64,000 nt of DNA from Minisyncoccota bacterium (GTDB lineage Bacteria > Patescibacteriota > Minisyncoccia > Phycocordibacterales > UBA9973). A program made the translations under genes and the position numbers. Below, one piece after another: positions 27,619-37,480 of the stretch (position 1 is its first letter; every line of letters starts with the position of its first letter). The stretch spans positions 4,249 through 68,248 of the forward strand of contig JAGOTH010000001.1 in the NCBI GenBank assembly GCA_018061865.1, read 5' to 3'. Below the pieces are notes generated by a model. That model did no database searches, had not been told where the DNA came from, and worked only from the letters and a program-made list of their open reading frames with translations.

Positions 27619-28215
27619 CTATTCAGCTAAATTGTTCTCATATAATATTGAGTCGATTGGAACTTCGAAAGCCAGATCAAACAGAACCTGACCCTTTTCA
27701 TCAAGAACTAGGTTGGAAAAGATTGGATCGATTATGTTTCTGTTTGAAGAAAAAAGATCTGCTTGAAGAGCAATAGTTCTATATCCGTCAGCTTTACCAG
27801 ACAATAGAACTGTTGCGTTAGAAACATTATTCTCATCAACTGTAAAACTAAATTCTGAATATCTTATTTGTTTCAAAGTAAGAGTAGAGAGAAGTTCGAA
27901 AACGGGAGAAGCTGTTATGTGGTTTTCTAATATTTTTGAAGAAGCTGTTAGTTTTCTATCTAACTTTTCTATGTCGCTAACGAACTCAGGTTCAAAAGAA
28001 GCCTTTGCTCTTTCTATCTGACTATCGAGAGCTGATTGTTGTTTGATTAGATAAGCTCTGTGAAAATAAACTCCGACCGCAAGGGCAAGAGAAGCAATGA
28101 AAATAATCGTTGCAATAAATAGAATCCAATTAGTTGGACGATTTGAAGAAGAGACAGAAGGACTACTGTCCATCGGCTTCTTCGGTATAAAAGATGTCTG
28201 TATAGGTGTTTCCAT
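27619..28215 (-). CDS. pilN: PilN-like pilus assembly protein
   Basis: Single TM after short cytoplasmic N-terminus; follows pilM. Confidence 0.5.
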   Translation of the reverse strand: METPIQTSFIPKKPMDSSPSVSSSNRPTNWILFIATIIFIASLALAVGVYFHRAYLIKQQSALDSQIERAKASFEPEFVSDIEKLDRKLTASSKILENHITASPVFELLSTLTLKQIRYSEFSFTVDENNVSNATVLLSGKADGYRTIALQADLFSSNRNIIDPIFSNLVLDEKGQVLFDLAFEVPIDSILYENNLAE

Positions 28216-28300
28216 TTGTTTCTTTAATATTATACGACAATTCGAAATATATAAGCAAGAAAATATTACTTAAATTGGGGAAAGGTGATATCTGTGATGT

Positions 28301-29413
28301 CTATTTCAAAAGTCTAATCGCAAGTCCCACGGCTGTGGAGTATTCTGGACCGATGGAAGACAAAACACTTTCCAAGAATTTTGGCACTTCAACTTTTGAA
28401 AAAGGGTTTCCAGTTGTAACAGGAACAGAAACTGCTTTTCCTGCATATTCAGAAAATCCAATCAACATCGCTCCCCCGCCAGTGAAAACAACTTTTGAAA
28501 TTGATCTTTGGTATTTCTTTTCGAAACTCAAGATAACTGTATTTACTTCGGCTAGAATGTAATCAACAGAAACACGAACAACATCCGCCATCTCTCTTAT
28601 GTCTGGAGATCCTTTCATTCCGAATTCTCTCTTTAATTCTTCCGCGCGATTGTAAGTTAGAGCTAGAGACTTGGAGAGAGCAGAAGTTATATCGTTTCCT
28701 CCACGATTGATTATATGGAAACTTCTAACAACACCGAATTCAACGATTGAAACTTTTGTTTTTCCGGCACCAACATCAACGATCATCACCGGAGTAAGCT
28801 CTCTTCCCAAAACAGAACGGAGTAAACTGAAAACTTCAATTTCGTAAAAAGCAGGAACCAGTTTCGCTTCTTTCATTATTTGCTGATTTCTTTCAAGCGC
28901 GTCATTGTGAACAGCTGCAATCAATACTTCGTTTTTTGTTGCATCAACACCGGAGCTCTCAGCGTCACTCTTTGGTATCATCCACCAATCCAGACTTATT
29001 TCATTCATTGGAACAGGAATATATTTTCGAGCTTCTGTTGGGATAACTGTTCCAAATTCTTTTTCGTCTATTGTGCTTGGGACATCAATGATAAGCATCA
29101 AAGAAGAAGTGGAAGGAATAGAAAGAGAACAAGTTGAAGCTGTAACTTGGGCTTCACGCATCAAGTCTGTAAGAGCGAGGGCAATCTTCTCTGGTGGTAA
29201 GTTTGTAACTTGTCCAACAGTTCCACCTTCTTCGTATGGACCGAGAGCCAGAGTTCCGTATGTTTCGAGAATTGCTTTGCCGGATTTTTTTCTTAACTGA
29301 ACAACTTTTATAGAAGAGCTTCCAACATCAATACCAAAAACACTGTCCCCAGAACCTTTCTGAGTCAAACCAGCTATCCCCTCTTTTATAAGTTTCTTTA
29401 GTGAAAATTCCAT
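28301..29413 (-). CDS. pilM: type IV pilus assembly ATPase-fold protein PilM
   Basis: Actin-like fold GIDVGSSSIKVVQL...; start at internal MEFSLKK. Confidence 0.8.
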   Translation of the reverse strand: MEFSLKKLIKEGIAGLTQKGSGDSVFGIDVGSSSIKVVQLRKKSGKAILETYGTLALGPYEEGGTVGQVTNLPPEKIALALTDLMREAQVTASTCSLSIPSTSSLMLIIDVPSTIDEKEFGTVIPTEARKYIPVPMNEISLDWWMIPKSDAESSGVDATKNEVLIAAVHNDALERNQQIMKEAKLVPAFYEIEVFSLLRSVLGRELTPVMIVDVGAGKTKVSIVEFGVVRSFHIINRGGNDITSALSKSLALTYNRAEELKREFGMKGSPDIREMADVVRVSVDYILAEVNTVILSFEKKYQRSISKVVFTGGGAMLIGFSEYAGKAVSVPVTTGNPFSKVEVPKFLESVLSSIGPEYSTAVGLAIRLLK

Positions 29414-29450
29414 TTTGTTATTACAATCTATATTATATCTTAGAACTAGA

Positions 29451-30107
29451 ATGAAACAATCTATCTTATTCCAAAAACTACTTTCTTTTCTTTTTCCAGA
29501 AAAATGTTTGTCTTGCAATAAGACGGGCAAACCTATCTGTTCTCATTGTGTCTCTCAATTAACTAAGTCGGGAAAAACAGAACTCCCCTATGCTCACGCT
29601 CTCTTTTCTTACAAAAATAAAACCACCGAAAAAATTGTTAAAAATTTAAAAAACCACCAAAGACCCGAACTCGCCGAAATAATGGCAAGACTAATGTATC
29701 AAAACTTTTTGCCGGAAATATCCGACTTGGCACTTTTTGAAGGAGAAAAAATAATAATCGTTCCAATCCCCGCTTCTAACTCTCATATGAAGAAAAGATT
29801 CAAAAATCATTCGCTTCTTTTGGCGGAGAAGTTTGTAGAAAATAATCACAAGAATTTTGAATTGTGCGATTGCCTTACTCGCACCCGTTCTTCTTCCCCT
29901 CAATCAGAAACAAGAACTCGCGAAGCTCGAATAAAGAATGCGGAAAACTTATATAAAGTCCGAGAAAAACTTATCCCCCAAATTTCTGGAAAAGCGATTC
30001 TAATTATTGATGACATAACAACGACTGGAGCAACAATCGAAAATTCCAAAATTGCCCTAAAGAAGGTTGGGGCAGGAGAAATTATGGCAATTGCCTTTGC
30101 TCACTAA
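29451..30107 (+). CDS. comFC: ComF family phosphoribosyltransferase (ComFC)
   Basis: N-terminal Cys4 (CLSCN...CSHC), PRTase motif ILIIDDITTTGAT. Confidence 0.7.
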   Translation: MKQSILFQKLLSFLFPEKCLSCNKTGKPICSHCVSQLTKSGKTELPYAHALFSYKNKTTEKIVKNLKNHQRPELAEIMARLMYQNFLPEISDLALFEGEKIIIVPIPASNSHMKKRFKNHSLLLAEKFVENNHKNFELCDCLTRTRSSSPQSETRTREARIKNAENLYKVREKLIPQISGKAILIIDDITTTGATIENSKIALKKVGAGEIMAIAFAH

Positions 30108-30553
30108 ATTAAATTCTTTTCAAAAACTTCACACTCTCCACCAGATTCATCTTTTGTTATTCTCCTTAATTTCCACCCTCTATCTAAAAGAAACTTTTTT
30201 ACAATCTTATTGTCTGTACAAGACAAAATAATTTTTTCTTTCTTATGTTTTAAGTGCTCAATTCTTTTTTCGTACAAGTCTTTATATATTCCCCTTCCTC
30301 TGTATTCCGGCAAGACAACAGCGGCGGCAAGCCATGGAAGACCATTATCAATCTTGTCCGGACTTGCAAAATTATTAATAGAAGCAAGACCAACCAGTTT
30401 TCCATTATTAAAGCATCCAATTATAAAATCAGATTCTTTTAACTCATCCAAAGCAGAGACCGGATAATCTAAACCCCAAGAATGTTCTTGAATAAGATTA
30501 GAGGCTTCTTTCAGAAACTCGTCATTAATAGATATTTCCTTAAAAATTAACAT
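30104..30553 (-). CDS. GNAT family N-acetyltransferase
   Basis: Acetyl-CoA motif VLPEYRGRGIYKDLYE. Confidence 0.7.
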   Translation of the reverse strand: MLIFKEISINDEFLKEASNLIQEHSWGLDYPVSALDELKESDFIIGCFNNGKLVGLASINNFASPDKIDNGLPWLAAAVVLPEYRGRGIYKDLYEKRIEHLKHKKEKIILSCTDNKIVKKFLLDRGWKLRRITKDESGGECEVFEKNLI

Positions 30554-30731
30554 AACTAAATTCTATTATTTATCATTATTTAACACAATTAAGCCTGCTT
30601 ATTGGGGAATAGAAATTATTTTTAAAATATGATAAAGTCTTTTTGTTTTAAGCCTTAGCTGACAGCTAACAGCTTGAAGCCAAAAGCTACCTGGAGCCGT
30701 GTCAGAGCTTGCCCTAAAAAGTTAATAAAAT

Positions 30732-30818
30732 GGAGCCGTGTCAGAGTGGTCTAACGTACCTCTTTGCTAAAGAGGCAGGGAGTAAAATCCCTCGCGAGTT
30801 CGAATCTCGCCGGCTCCG
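30732..30818 (+). tRNA. tRNA-Ser(GCU), class II
   Basis: GGAGCCG UG UCAGAGUGGUCUAACG ... CCUCU UUGCUAA AGAGG, long variable arm CAGGGAGUAAAAUCCCUCGC, GAG UUCGAAU CUC, CGGCUCC G; 16-nt copy of its 5' end at 30692..30707. Confidence 0.85.
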
Positions 30819-30851
30819 CAAAATCGTGATAGCACGAGATGCTTATAAAAT

Positions 30852-31448
30852 ATGAAAAAGTTAGTAATTTTTGAGAGTATAAAGGGAGCCGGAAAAACTA
30901 CTTTAATAAAAGAGTTGGTGAAGGTTATTCCAAATTCCACGACGTATTATGAAAAGCTTACCTTAAAACCCATTAAACATATCAAAAACAAAGAAACAGT
31001 TGTTGACTATTATAAGAGCCTGATTAATAAAATTGGGGAGGTTGAAGCAGACTGTATCCTTTTAGACAGATTCCACTATACAAAATGGCCGGTCGTTTGG
31101 TATGAAAAGGATTATTTCCAAGAAATAGAAGAATTGCTATTAAATACATTTGAGGTCTTTTTTGTATTTCTTACCATTGATAGTGAATATATTCTTCAAA
31201 GACTGACACATACTCAGAATCATAGACAGCCTGAAGGATGGAAACTCAACTACGACGGCGCATCTATAGACGATGAAGCTCAAAAGGACATCGAATGGCA
31301 GGAGTTTTTCCTGCAACATCAATACAGGGATACTCTTATCAAGAAGAAAATGATTATGGATACCAGCAAGCTACATTTGAGCGTTGATGGTTTGGAACCT
31401 TATATTTCAAAAATTTTAGAGTTTTTATCAAACTCTAAGGGATTATAA
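30852..31448 (+). CDS. P-loop kinase-like protein (dNK/zeta-toxin-like fold)
   Basis: Walker A ESIKGAGKTTL; 198 aa; no further motif recognised. Confidence 0.45.
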   Translation: MKKLVIFESIKGAGKTTLIKELVKVIPNSTTYYEKLTLKPIKHIKNKETVVDYYKSLINKIGEVEADCILLDRFHYTKWPVVWYEKDYFQEIEELLLNTFEVFFVFLTIDSEYILQRLTHTQNHRQPEGWKLNYDGASIDDEAQKDIEWQEFFLQHQYRDTLIKKKMIMDTSKLHLSVDGLEPYISKILEFLSNSKGL

Positions 31449-31552
31449 ATAAGTGCGCACGAGATGCGTCGATTAAGTTTCTGAAAAAGTGCTAAAATAA
31501 CCTTACAAGGCTTGCCCGAGAAAGGTTCTAACACGAGGCACCCCGCCAGAAA

Positions 31553-32311
31553 ATGAATTACTCAAAAGAATTTTTTAAAATTCAAATAGAATTCGCTGAA
31601 AAAATTGCATCAATAACTGGCAAGTCAATTGAAGGTGTACTTCTAGAATATACATGTTTATATAAAAGATTTGGTATACAAAATTGGAGCTTCAATAAAA
31701 ACGAACTTGTATGGCAAGAATTCTTAAAAGAATTTCGTATATCAAAAAACAAGACTAGTACTGTATACGAATTTCAAATAAAGCATGCTGAAAACAAATC
31801 TGAAAAAGAAGTTTTTTTTGGATGCTTTCGTTATGAATACAGTGCAGACGAAAAAGATGTCCGAATTCATTTTTCTAGTCATGGAGAATCAGGGTCACTT
31901 GGTAAGGCAAATATAGAAAAACGTAAAGAAGACTTGAGGTTAATGTGCGTTGATATCAAAAATAAATATCCTGAAACAAAAACTATTTCGGGTATTTCTT
32001 GGCTGTTCAACATAGACGCATGCAAGAGAATATTTCCCCCACGATTCACAGATAATGCAAAAGTTTTAGAGTGGTACAGATCACTCGCTATCTGGGGTCA
32101 ATTTTCGGATAGTAAAGGCAATATTAGACCAGAAACAGCAGAAAAATTCAAAATATGTTTCTTAAAGCAAGGCAATTTGTCTGACCTGCTTTCTTGTTTT
32201 CCATATAAAGTTCTAGCGCCTTCTACAAAGATAGAAAATTTCTATAAATTTTACGAAACAAAAAAGGAGGTTTTTGACATTTCACCCTCAAAAAACACGA
32301 AAGAGGGCTAA
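31553..32311 (+). CDS. hypothetical protein with C-terminus copied from the PNPOx-like gene
   Basis: 252 aa; ends KEVFDISPSKNTKEG versus KEIFDVSPSKDTRDT at the end of 32800..33192. Confidence 0.4.
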   Translation: MNYSKEFFKIQIEFAEKIASITGKSIEGVLLEYTCLYKRFGIQNWSFNKNELVWQEFLKEFRISKNKTSTVYEFQIKHAENKSEKEVFFGCFRYEYSADEKDVRIHFSSHGESGSLGKANIEKRKEDLRLMCVDIKNKYPETKTISGISWLFNIDACKRIFPPRFTDNAKVLEWYRSLAIWGQFSDSKGNIRPETAEKFKICFLKQGNLSDLLSCFPYKVLAPSTKIENFYKFYETKKEVFDISPSKNTKEG

Positions 32312-32383
32312 TCTGCCCAAATAGGGCTTTAAGCACAAAAACCCACATAGCCCGCCTTTTTTCTAAAAGAGTATAATCAACTC

Positions 32384-32452
32384 ATGCAAATAGACGAGTT
32401 TTTGAGAAACTTTATATTAAACGCCAAATCAAAGGCGCAACATGTACTATAA
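32384..32452 (+). pseudogene. 5' fragment duplicate of the PNPOx-like gene
   Basis: atgcaaatagacgagtttttgagaaactttatattaaacgccaaatcaaaggc nearly identical to the first ~55 nt of 32800..33192 (MQIDEFLRNFILNAKSKA vs MEIDEFLRNFILRAKSKA), then stop. Confidence 0.45.
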
Positions 32453-32799
32453 ATTATTTTGTAACTATTTATAATATTTGATACTATTAAGAAAAATATA
32501 CCCTTATGAATGTAAGTAAAACTAATGTTATTTTAAAAAAATTAGCTAAAAAAAGAAAACCAACCTTACTTGATAAACCAAAACATACTAAGGCCGAGCA
32601 AGATTTCATACGAAATCTAAAAATTTTTAAGAACTCAAAAAATAAATAATTACCTATTTATGAGTTAATTAAAAAATTTAAATCATCTACACTAAAACCC
32701 GATATAAAATAATCGGGTTTTTAAATATCAATAGAGAAAATCTTTTTTTCAACCAAGGCTTAGACTCTCAAAAAACAAAAAAAGGACTATAATTAACCT

Positions 32800-33192
32800 A
32801 TGGAAATAGACGAGTTTTTGAGAAACTTTATATTGAGAGCCAAATCAAAGGCACTAGCTACATACGGACCAAACGGGATCAATGTTGTTCCCGTTTCTTC
32901 AATCAAGGTTGTAGACAATGAAATCTGGCTTATCAACTATTTCATGGATAAGACCCTACAGAATATAAAAGAAAACCCCGAAGTCTCTCTCGTCTGCTGG
33001 CTCGATATGATAGGTTTCCAGATCAAAGGTGAAATTGAATATTTAGAAAATGGAGATAAATTCGAAAAGGCCGTTAATTGGATAAAGGAAACACTCCCAG
33101 AAAGGGTGGTTCATGGGCTTTTAATCCTTAAACCAAAAGAGATTTTTGATGTTTCTCCGTCCAAAGACACCCGAGATACCTACAAGCCCTAA
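32800..33192 (+). CDS. pyridoxamine 5'-phosphate oxidase-like FMN-binding split-barrel protein
   Basis: ATYGPNGINVVPVS...NPEVSLVCW pattern of the PNPOx-like family; 130 aa. Confidence 0.55.
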   Translation: MEIDEFLRNFILRAKSKALATYGPNGINVVPVSSIKVVDNEIWLINYFMDKTLQNIKENPEVSLVCWLDMIGFQIKGEIEYLENGDKFEKAVNWIKETLPERVVHGLLILKPKEIFDVSPSKDTRDTYKP

Positions 33193-33288
33193 ACCCGTCC
33201 TCTCTCCACAAAAAGGCTCGAAACTTGCTATATTTGCCAATTTGTATAGTATAATTAACTTTAGTTATTAATATAACAAGATAAAGAT

Positions 33289-33549
33289 ATGCCACAAGCA
33301 AAAGCAAATAGTGCATTTATGAAACCAATGACAATAAGCGACGACCTCGCAGCCGTTGTTGGAAAAGGTCCTATGCCACGAAGCGAGGTTGTAAAAGCTC
33401 TATGGGTTTACATCAAGAAGAACGATCTTCAAGATCCAACAAACAAGAGAAACATCAACGCTGACGCAGCACTTCTAAAAGTGTTCGGAGGTAAAAAGAC
33501 TGTTTCAATGTTTGAAATGACAAAGCTCGTTTCAAAGCACCTTTCATAA
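33289..33549 (+). CDS. SWIB/MDM2 domain protein
   Basis: PMTISDDLAAVVGKGPMPRSEVVKALWVYIKKNDLQDPTNKRNINADAALLKVFG matches SWIB consensus. Confidence 0.75.
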   Translation: MPQAKANSAFMKPMTISDDLAAVVGKGPMPRSEVVKALWVYIKKNDLQDPTNKRNINADAALLKVFGGKKTVSMFEMTKLVSKHLS

Positions 33550-33567
33550 TTTAAACCTGTGAAGAAT

Positions 33568-33594
33568 AAAAGCCCCGAGAATACGGGGCTTTTA
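33568..33594 (+). terminator. rho-independent terminator (near-identical to 5941..5966)
   Basis: AAAAGCCCCGAGAATACGGGGCTTTT. Confidence 0.6.
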
Positions 33595-33635
33595 TTCTTC
33601 TTGGAATTCTATTCCCCTGATATAATCTGAACTAT

Positions 33636-34397
33636 ATGGATGAAAAAAATATACCCGACACAATCGAAGGGCTTCGCGCCGAAAATGAAGAACTAAGAAA
33701 ACTAAACTCTACTAAGAGCGAGTGGATCTCTATTGCTGCCCACCAGCTTCGCACATCGCTATCTGCTATAAAATGGATTTTGAAAATGTTCTTAGATGGA
33801 GACTTCGGCTCTCTATCTTCCGAACAACAAGGCTTTATGAAAAAGGCTTACGAGAACAACGACCGAATGGTTCTACTCGTGAACGAAATGCTCTCTCTCA
33901 ATCACACAGAAGATTCTTCTATAACTTATACAATGAGAAAAGAGGAACTCGTTTCCTTAATCGACGAAACAATTTTTGATTTCCATGGAGAGTCCTTCAA
34001 AAAAGGAATTGAACTTATCTTCCTCCGACCAGAAGACTCTGAACTCTTTACTGAATACGACAAAGAAAAGATAAGAGTTGTCCTCCAGAACCTTATAGAA
34101 AATTCTATAAAATACTCCACAACCGGTGACAGAGTCTTCGTTGGACTAAAAAAGAATGGTGATGAAGTGGAAATATCAATAAAAGACACTGGAATAGGAA
34201 TTCCGGCAACTGAACAGCCAAAAATATTCGAAAAATTCTACAGAGCAACGAACGCCAAAGAGAAAGAAGAAATTGGCTCAGGGCTCGGACTTTATACAAT
34301 TAAACAAATAGTAGAACACCACAAGGGTAAAATCTGGTTTGAAAGCGAGCCTGAGAAAGGAAGCACCTTTTATTTCACTCTTCCTATCTCTTCTTAG
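33636..34397 (+). CDS. cytoplasmic sensor histidine kinase
   Basis: H-box AAHQLRTSLSAI; N, G1 (IKDTGIGI), G2 (GSGLGL) boxes; no TM. Confidence 0.8.
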   Translation: MDEKNIPDTIEGLRAENEELRKLNSTKSEWISIAAHQLRTSLSAIKWILKMFLDGDFGSLSSEQQGFMKKAYENNDRMVLLVNEMLSLNHTEDSSITYTMRKEELVSLIDETIFDFHGESFKKGIELIFLRPEDSELFTEYDKEKIRVVLQNLIENSIKYSTTGDRVFVGLKKNGDEVEISIKDTGIGIPATEQPKIFEKFYRATNAKEKEEIGSGLGLYTIKQIVEHHKGKIWFESEPEKGSTFYFTLPISS

Positions 34398-34418
34398 AAG
34401 GAGTATAATCTAAACATT

Positions 34419-34793
34419 ATGGAAGGAAAAAAAACTGTTTTAATTGTTGAAGATGATAATTTCCTACGGGGCTTATCTGCTGGTAAATTATCAGACGAAG
34501 GATATGAAGTATTAACAGCCTCAAATGGAGAGGAAGCTATAAAGATCGCCGGAGAATCAAAGCCAATGATGATTCTACTTGATCTCCTTTTGCCAAACGT
34601 TGATGGATTCACAGCTCTTGAAGCAATCCGAAAAATCGAAGGAATGGAAAAAACTCCTGTTATTGTTTTCTCAAACTTAGGAGAAGAGAAAGATGTTGTT
34701 AGAGCAAAGGAACTAGGGGCAAGTGATTTTATGATCAAATCAAACTTCACACTAGACGAATTAGTTGAAAAAATAAAAAGCGTAATCGGTTAA
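34419..34793 (+). CDS. single-domain response regulator
   Basis: VLIVEDDNFL...LLDLLLPNVDGF...K. Confidence 0.8.
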   Translation: MEGKKTVLIVEDDNFLRGLSAGKLSDEGYEVLTASNGEEAIKIAGESKPMMILLDLLLPNVDGFTALEAIRKIEGMEKTPVIVFSNLGEEKDVVRAKELGASDFMIKSNFTLDELVEKIKSVIG

Positions 34794-34799
34794 ATAAAA

Positions 34800-35258
34800 A
34801 TGAATAAAAACTTAATTTATACAGTTGTTGTATTAATTCTTATGGTGGCAAGTGTCTTTGCTTTGATTAAATCAAACAAAGAAACAAAAAAAGAACCGAC
34901 TGATACGACAAACACAGAAGTTACAGAAGAATCTGTCACAACAGAAGAACCTACTCCAACTAGCACAGAAGAAGTGGCACTACCTACTACACATGAAATA
35001 ATTTACGGAAGTTTGGGATTTGTTCCTTCAACTCTTGAAATAAAAATTGGAGATACTGTTACATTTGAAAACGAAAGCGGAAAAGGCATGTGGGTGGCAT
35101 CAAACCCTCATCCATCTCACAGCGATACACCAGAATTCGACGCTGGAATATCTATAGCAAATGGAAACTCTTGGAGCTTTGTGTTTACTGAAGAAGGATC
35201 CTTCAGTTATCACAACCATCTAAATTCCTCTCAAGGCGGAAAGATTTTAGTTAAGTAA
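34800..35258 (+). CDS. membrane-anchored beta-sandwich protein, cupredoxin-like but without Cys ligand
   Basis: N-terminal TM, T/E-rich linker, C-terminal TLEIKIGDTVTFENES...HPSHSD...HNHLNS pattern; no cysteine. Confidence 0.3.
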   Translation: MNKNLIYTVVVLILMVASVFALIKSNKETKKEPTDTTNTEVTEESVTTEEPTPTSTEEVALPTTHEIIYGSLGFVPSTLEIKIGDTVTFENESGKGMWVASNPHPSHSDTPEFDAGISIANGNSWSFVFTEEGSFSYHNHLNSSQGGKILVK

Positions 35259-35266
35259 TACGAACC

Positions 35267-35305
35267 AGCCCCGACGAACAGAATTATCCGTCGGGGCTGT
35301 TTTCG
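35267..35305 (+). terminator. rho-independent terminator
   Basis: CAGCCCCGACG-loop-CGTCGGGGCTG TTTTCGTTT. Confidence 0.6.
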
Positions 35306-35320
35306 TTTATAATCTATCCA

Positions 35321-37477
35321 ATGCAACCAAGTGACCTAATCGAACAACACTTCCGACTGGACCAAAAAACAAAAAAGGCCCTGACTCGTCTAAAAATTTC
35401 TAAAATTAGAGATCTCTTATATTACTTCCCTACTCGTTATTCTGATATCGCAAGTCTCCGAAAAATATCAGAACTGGGTGATGGAGAAATCGCAACAATT
35501 TATGGAAAAATTTCTGACATAAAAATAAAAAAATCTTTTAAAACAAAAGTTCCTATGGCGGAAGCTACTCTCGAAGACGCTGACGGAAAAGTGAAAGTTA
35601 TCTGGTTTAATCAAGCCTACATTGCCAAAATGATTCCTCCCGGAAGTTTGGTCAAACTAACTGGAAAAATATCCTCCGGAAAAAGCGGGCTTCTGCTTTC
35701 AAACCCTGAGTTCGAAAAAATAAAAGATATGCCAATAGACACTCACGATTCTCTCTTCCGAGATACAGAAGCTCCCGGAGGAGGATATCGCTATCCGGTT
35801 TATAGAGAAACCCAAGGACTATCTTCCAAGTGGCTCTATCACGCAATGATGAGAATCTTTGACAAAGGAGCGCACGAGAGGGTCATTGATCCAATTCCTG
35901 AAGAAATATTGAAGCAGTACAATCTCCCAGAACAATCAAAGGCTTTCATCTGGATTCATTCCCCGAAAAAAGAAGATCACGCAATGGCTGCTAGAAAAAG
36001 ATTTGCCTTTGAAGAAGTTTTTTTAATCCAAATTGAAAAAGGACTTGAAAGAAAAAAGTACAAAGCCAGTCCATCTTATGATGTAAAAATAAACAAGACT
36101 GAACTGAACGAATTTATCGGAAGATTCGACTTCACTCCAACTCCATCACAAACAGAATCTATTGCGGAGATTGTAAAAGACTTCGAAAAAGGAGAACCGA
36201 TGACGAGACTGCTTGAGGGAGACGTGGGAAGCGGAAAAACATTCGTTGCCGCCGCAACTTCATACCTCGTTGCAACTTCGCGTCCAAACGGAAAAGACTT
36301 TGGAAACCTTCAAGTAGCTTATATGGCTCCAACCGAGATACTGGCAACTCAACACTTTGAATCCTTCATTCAATTCTTTAAACATCTACCAATTCAGATT
36401 GCTCTGATTACTTCTTCTGGTTGCAAAAAGTTTCCCTCCAAAGTCAGTGGAGGTTGGACCGACATCTCACGAGCACAACTTCTAAAATGGGTGGCAAATG
36501 GAGAAATTGCAATTGTGATTGGAACCCATTCTCTGATTCAGAAAACAGTTAAGTTCAAACACCTCGCCTATGTGGTTATCGACGAGCAACACCGCTTCGG
36601 ACTTGCCCAGAGACTGGCTCTAGCAAAAAAGGACAGTCATGTCCCTCACCTTCTATCAATGACAGCAACACCAATACCAAGAACTCTGGCTCTGACAATC
36701 TATGGAGATTTGGATCTAACTCTTCTGACAGATCTACCAAAAGGACGAAAGCCTGTAATAACCAAACTCTGTGCTGATGGAGAAAGAACAGCAATCTACG
36801 CTGATATAAAAAAGAGACTAAAAGAAAGTCGCCAAGCTTATGTTATCTGTCCGCGAATAAATGAGCCCGATGAAACAAAAGAGCTGGCACTCGAGGCGAA
36901 ATCTGTAACAGAAGAAGCGCACAGACTAGCAAAAAATATTTTTCCTGAATACAAAATCGGGGTAATGCATGGAAAAATGACAAAAGAAAAGAAAGAATCT
37001 GCGATGGAAGATTTTGTAAATAATGAAACTCAGATTCTGGTTGCAACATCAGTGATTGAAGTTGGAGTAAATGTGCCGAACGCTACAAGTATAATTATCG
37101 AGGGAGCGGAGAGATTTGGGCTAGCGCAACTTCACCAGCTACGAGGAAGAGTTTTACGAAGTTCATACGAACCATACTGTTATATTTTTTCTGAATCAAA
37201 AAATGAAAAGACAGAAAAGAGACTTCGCGCACTGCAAAACGCAAAAAACGGATTTGAACTTGCAGAGATGGACTTGATGGAACGCGGAGCCGGAGAGCTT
37301 TCTGGAACAAAGCAGTGGGGAGTTTCTGATGTGGCAATGGAGGCCATAAAGAACCTTAAGATGGTAGAAGCTGCCCGAAAAGAATCAAAAGAAATTATAG
37401 AAAAAGACCCTGAATTAAAAAAGCACGAAAAAATCGTGCTCGTTATGAGTGAGAGGAGGGCTACTCACTTTGAATAA
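35321..37477 (+). CDS. recG: ATP-dependent DNA helicase RecG
   Basis: N-terminal wedge/OB domain, helicase motif I GDVGSGKTFVA, DEQHRFG, QLRGRVLR; 718 aa. Confidence 0.9.
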   Translation: MQPSDLIEQHFRLDQKTKKALTRLKISKIRDLLYYFPTRYSDIASLRKISELGDGEIATIYGKISDIKIKKSFKTKVPMAEATLEDADGKVKVIWFNQAYIAKMIPPGSLVKLTGKISSGKSGLLLSNPEFEKIKDMPIDTHDSLFRDTEAPGGGYRYPVYRETQGLSSKWLYHAMMRIFDKGAHERVIDPIPEEILKQYNLPEQSKAFIWIHSPKKEDHAMAARKRFAFEEVFLIQIEKGLERKKYKASPSYDVKINKTELNEFIGRFDFTPTPSQTESIAEIVKDFEKGEPMTRLLEGDVGSGKTFVAAATSYLVATSRPNGKDFGNLQVAYMAPTEILATQHFESFIQFFKHLPIQIALITSSGCKKFPSKVSGGWTDISRAQLLKWVANGEIAIVIGTHSLIQKTVKFKHLAYVVIDEQHRFGLAQRLALAKKDSHVPHLLSMTATPIPRTLALTIYGDLDLTLLTDLPKGRKPVITKLCADGERTAIYADIKKRLKESRQAYVICPRINEPDETKELALEAKSVTEEAHRLAKNIFPEYKIGVMHGKMTKEKKESAMEDFVNNETQILVATSVIEVGVNVPNATSIIIEGAERFGLAQLHQLRGRVLRSSYEPYCYIFSESKNEKTEKRLRALQNAKNGFELAEMDLMERGAGELSGTKQWGVSDVAMEAIKNLKMVEAARKESKEIIEKDPELKKHEKIVLVMSERRATHFE

Positions 37478-37480
37478 AAA

